Source of the DNA: Rhodospirillales bacterium
GTDB taxonomy: Bacteria > Pseudomonadota > Alphaproteobacteria > Rhodospirillales > UBA2165
Length of the DNA: 64,000 nucleotides
Reading direction: 5' to 3'
NCBI GenBank assembly: GCA_016777585.1
Contig: JADHRD010000001.1
Coordinates: 12,943-76,942 of the forward strand
Positions 63,223 through 64,000 of this stretch are shown piece after piece; the stretch's first letter is position 1, and every line of letters starts with the position of its first letter. The translations under genes and the position numbers were made by a program. Under the pieces are notes generated by a model. The model saw only the letters and a list, made by a program, of their open reading frames with translations. It searched no databases and was not told the origin of the DNA.

Positions 63223-64000
63223 TTACCAACGCCTCTCAAAATGTTTTCTCAACAAAATTGCAACCAGATTCATAGTTACAAGAAATAAAAGAAGTACCAT
63301 GATAGCTGCAGACGTTCTCTCAACAAAAGCACGCTCAGGAGCATCAGCCCAGAGAAAAATCTGAACAGGCAAAACTGTCGCTGCGTCGGTTAAATTTCCG
63401 GGTACATCGACTATAAAAGCAACCATTCCCATCATTAATAGCGGTGCAGTCTCACCTAATGCTTGCGCCATTCCTATAATCGCGCCAGTTAACATTCCCG
63501 GCATTGCTAAGGGAACAACATGATGTAACATTGTTTGGAGGCGGCTTGCGCCCATGCCAAGAGCAGCCTCACGAATAGAGGGTGGCACAGCTTTGAGGGC
63601 TGATCGGCTTGAAATTATAATTGTGGGCAACGTCATTAGAGCTAATACCGCCCCCCCTGCAATAGGAGCAGATCTAGGCATGCCAAACCAATTCAAGAGC
63701 ACGGCTAATCCAAGCAAACCAAATACAATTGAGGGTACTGCGGCCAAATTATTAATGTTAACTTCAATTAGGTCTGACCAGTAATTTTTTTTAGCAAACT
63801 CCTCTAAATATATGGCCGCACCCACTCCAATCGGGAATGATAAAATCAAAGTTATAAAAAGTGTTAAAATTGAGCCGACTAAGGCCCCCAGTATTCCAGC
63901 CTGCTCGGGTTCCCGGCTATCCGCAGCAGTAAAGAAAGTGACATTAAATTTCTTCTCTATTCGTCCTTCTTGATCTAATTGATCATACCACTTCAATTGC
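63223..64000 (-). CDS. pstA: Phosphate ABC transporter permease, 3' part (5' end outside window)
   Basis: AAIYLEE, NLAAVPSIVFGLLG, VPPSIREAALGMGA and ALGETAPL. Confidence 0.95.
   Translation of the reverse strand, partial: QLKWYDQLDQEGRIEKKFNVTFFTAADSREPEQAGILGALVGSILTLFITLILSFPIGVGAAIYLEEFAKKNYWSDLIEVNINNLAAVPSIVFGLLGLAVLLNWFGMPRSAPIAGGAVLALMTLPTIIISSRSALKAVPPSIREAALGMGASRLQTMLHHVVPLAMPGMLTGAIIGMAQALGETAPLLMMGMVAFIVDVPGNLTDAATVLPVQIFLWADAPERAFVERTSAAIMVLLLFLVTMNLVAILLRKHFERRW

Overview
A roughly 37% GC, gene-dense core-genome segment of an alphaproteobacterium. It looks like a streamlined marine Rhodospirillales-type organism, inferred from protein style and gene order. In order it carries: the pheS 3' end and pheT; a small accessory trio (MetE/UROD-fold protein, amidohydrolase, SpoIIAA-like protein); the TCA supercluster sdhCDAB-zapE-mdh-sucCD-sucAB-lpdA; asd and leuCDB; ffh-rpsP-rimM-trmD-rplS with a structured ffh leader RNA; dapF-mtaB-ftsY; an AT-rich divergent pair (81-aa orphan plus a chemoreceptor-like protein whose signalling tip is degenerate); pgk and acnA; a complete ccmABCDEFGHI cluster, including ccmD, which the ORF track missed; a TRAP transporter, phhB, a thiolase and a ferredoxin reductase; prmA, uvrD, a CLC-CBS channel and purU; mlaA-mlaC; ettA; and pstA(partial)-pstB-phoU-phoB. 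I saw no rRNA, tRNA, CRISPR array, integrase/transposase, prophage or defence system. I cannot support a clearly new multi-gene system here. The best leads are the tip-less chemoreceptor with its divergent small partner, the MetE-like/amidohydrolase insertion, and charged C-terminal tails on several housekeeping proteins. All assignments come from motif recognition by eye; no database searches were run.
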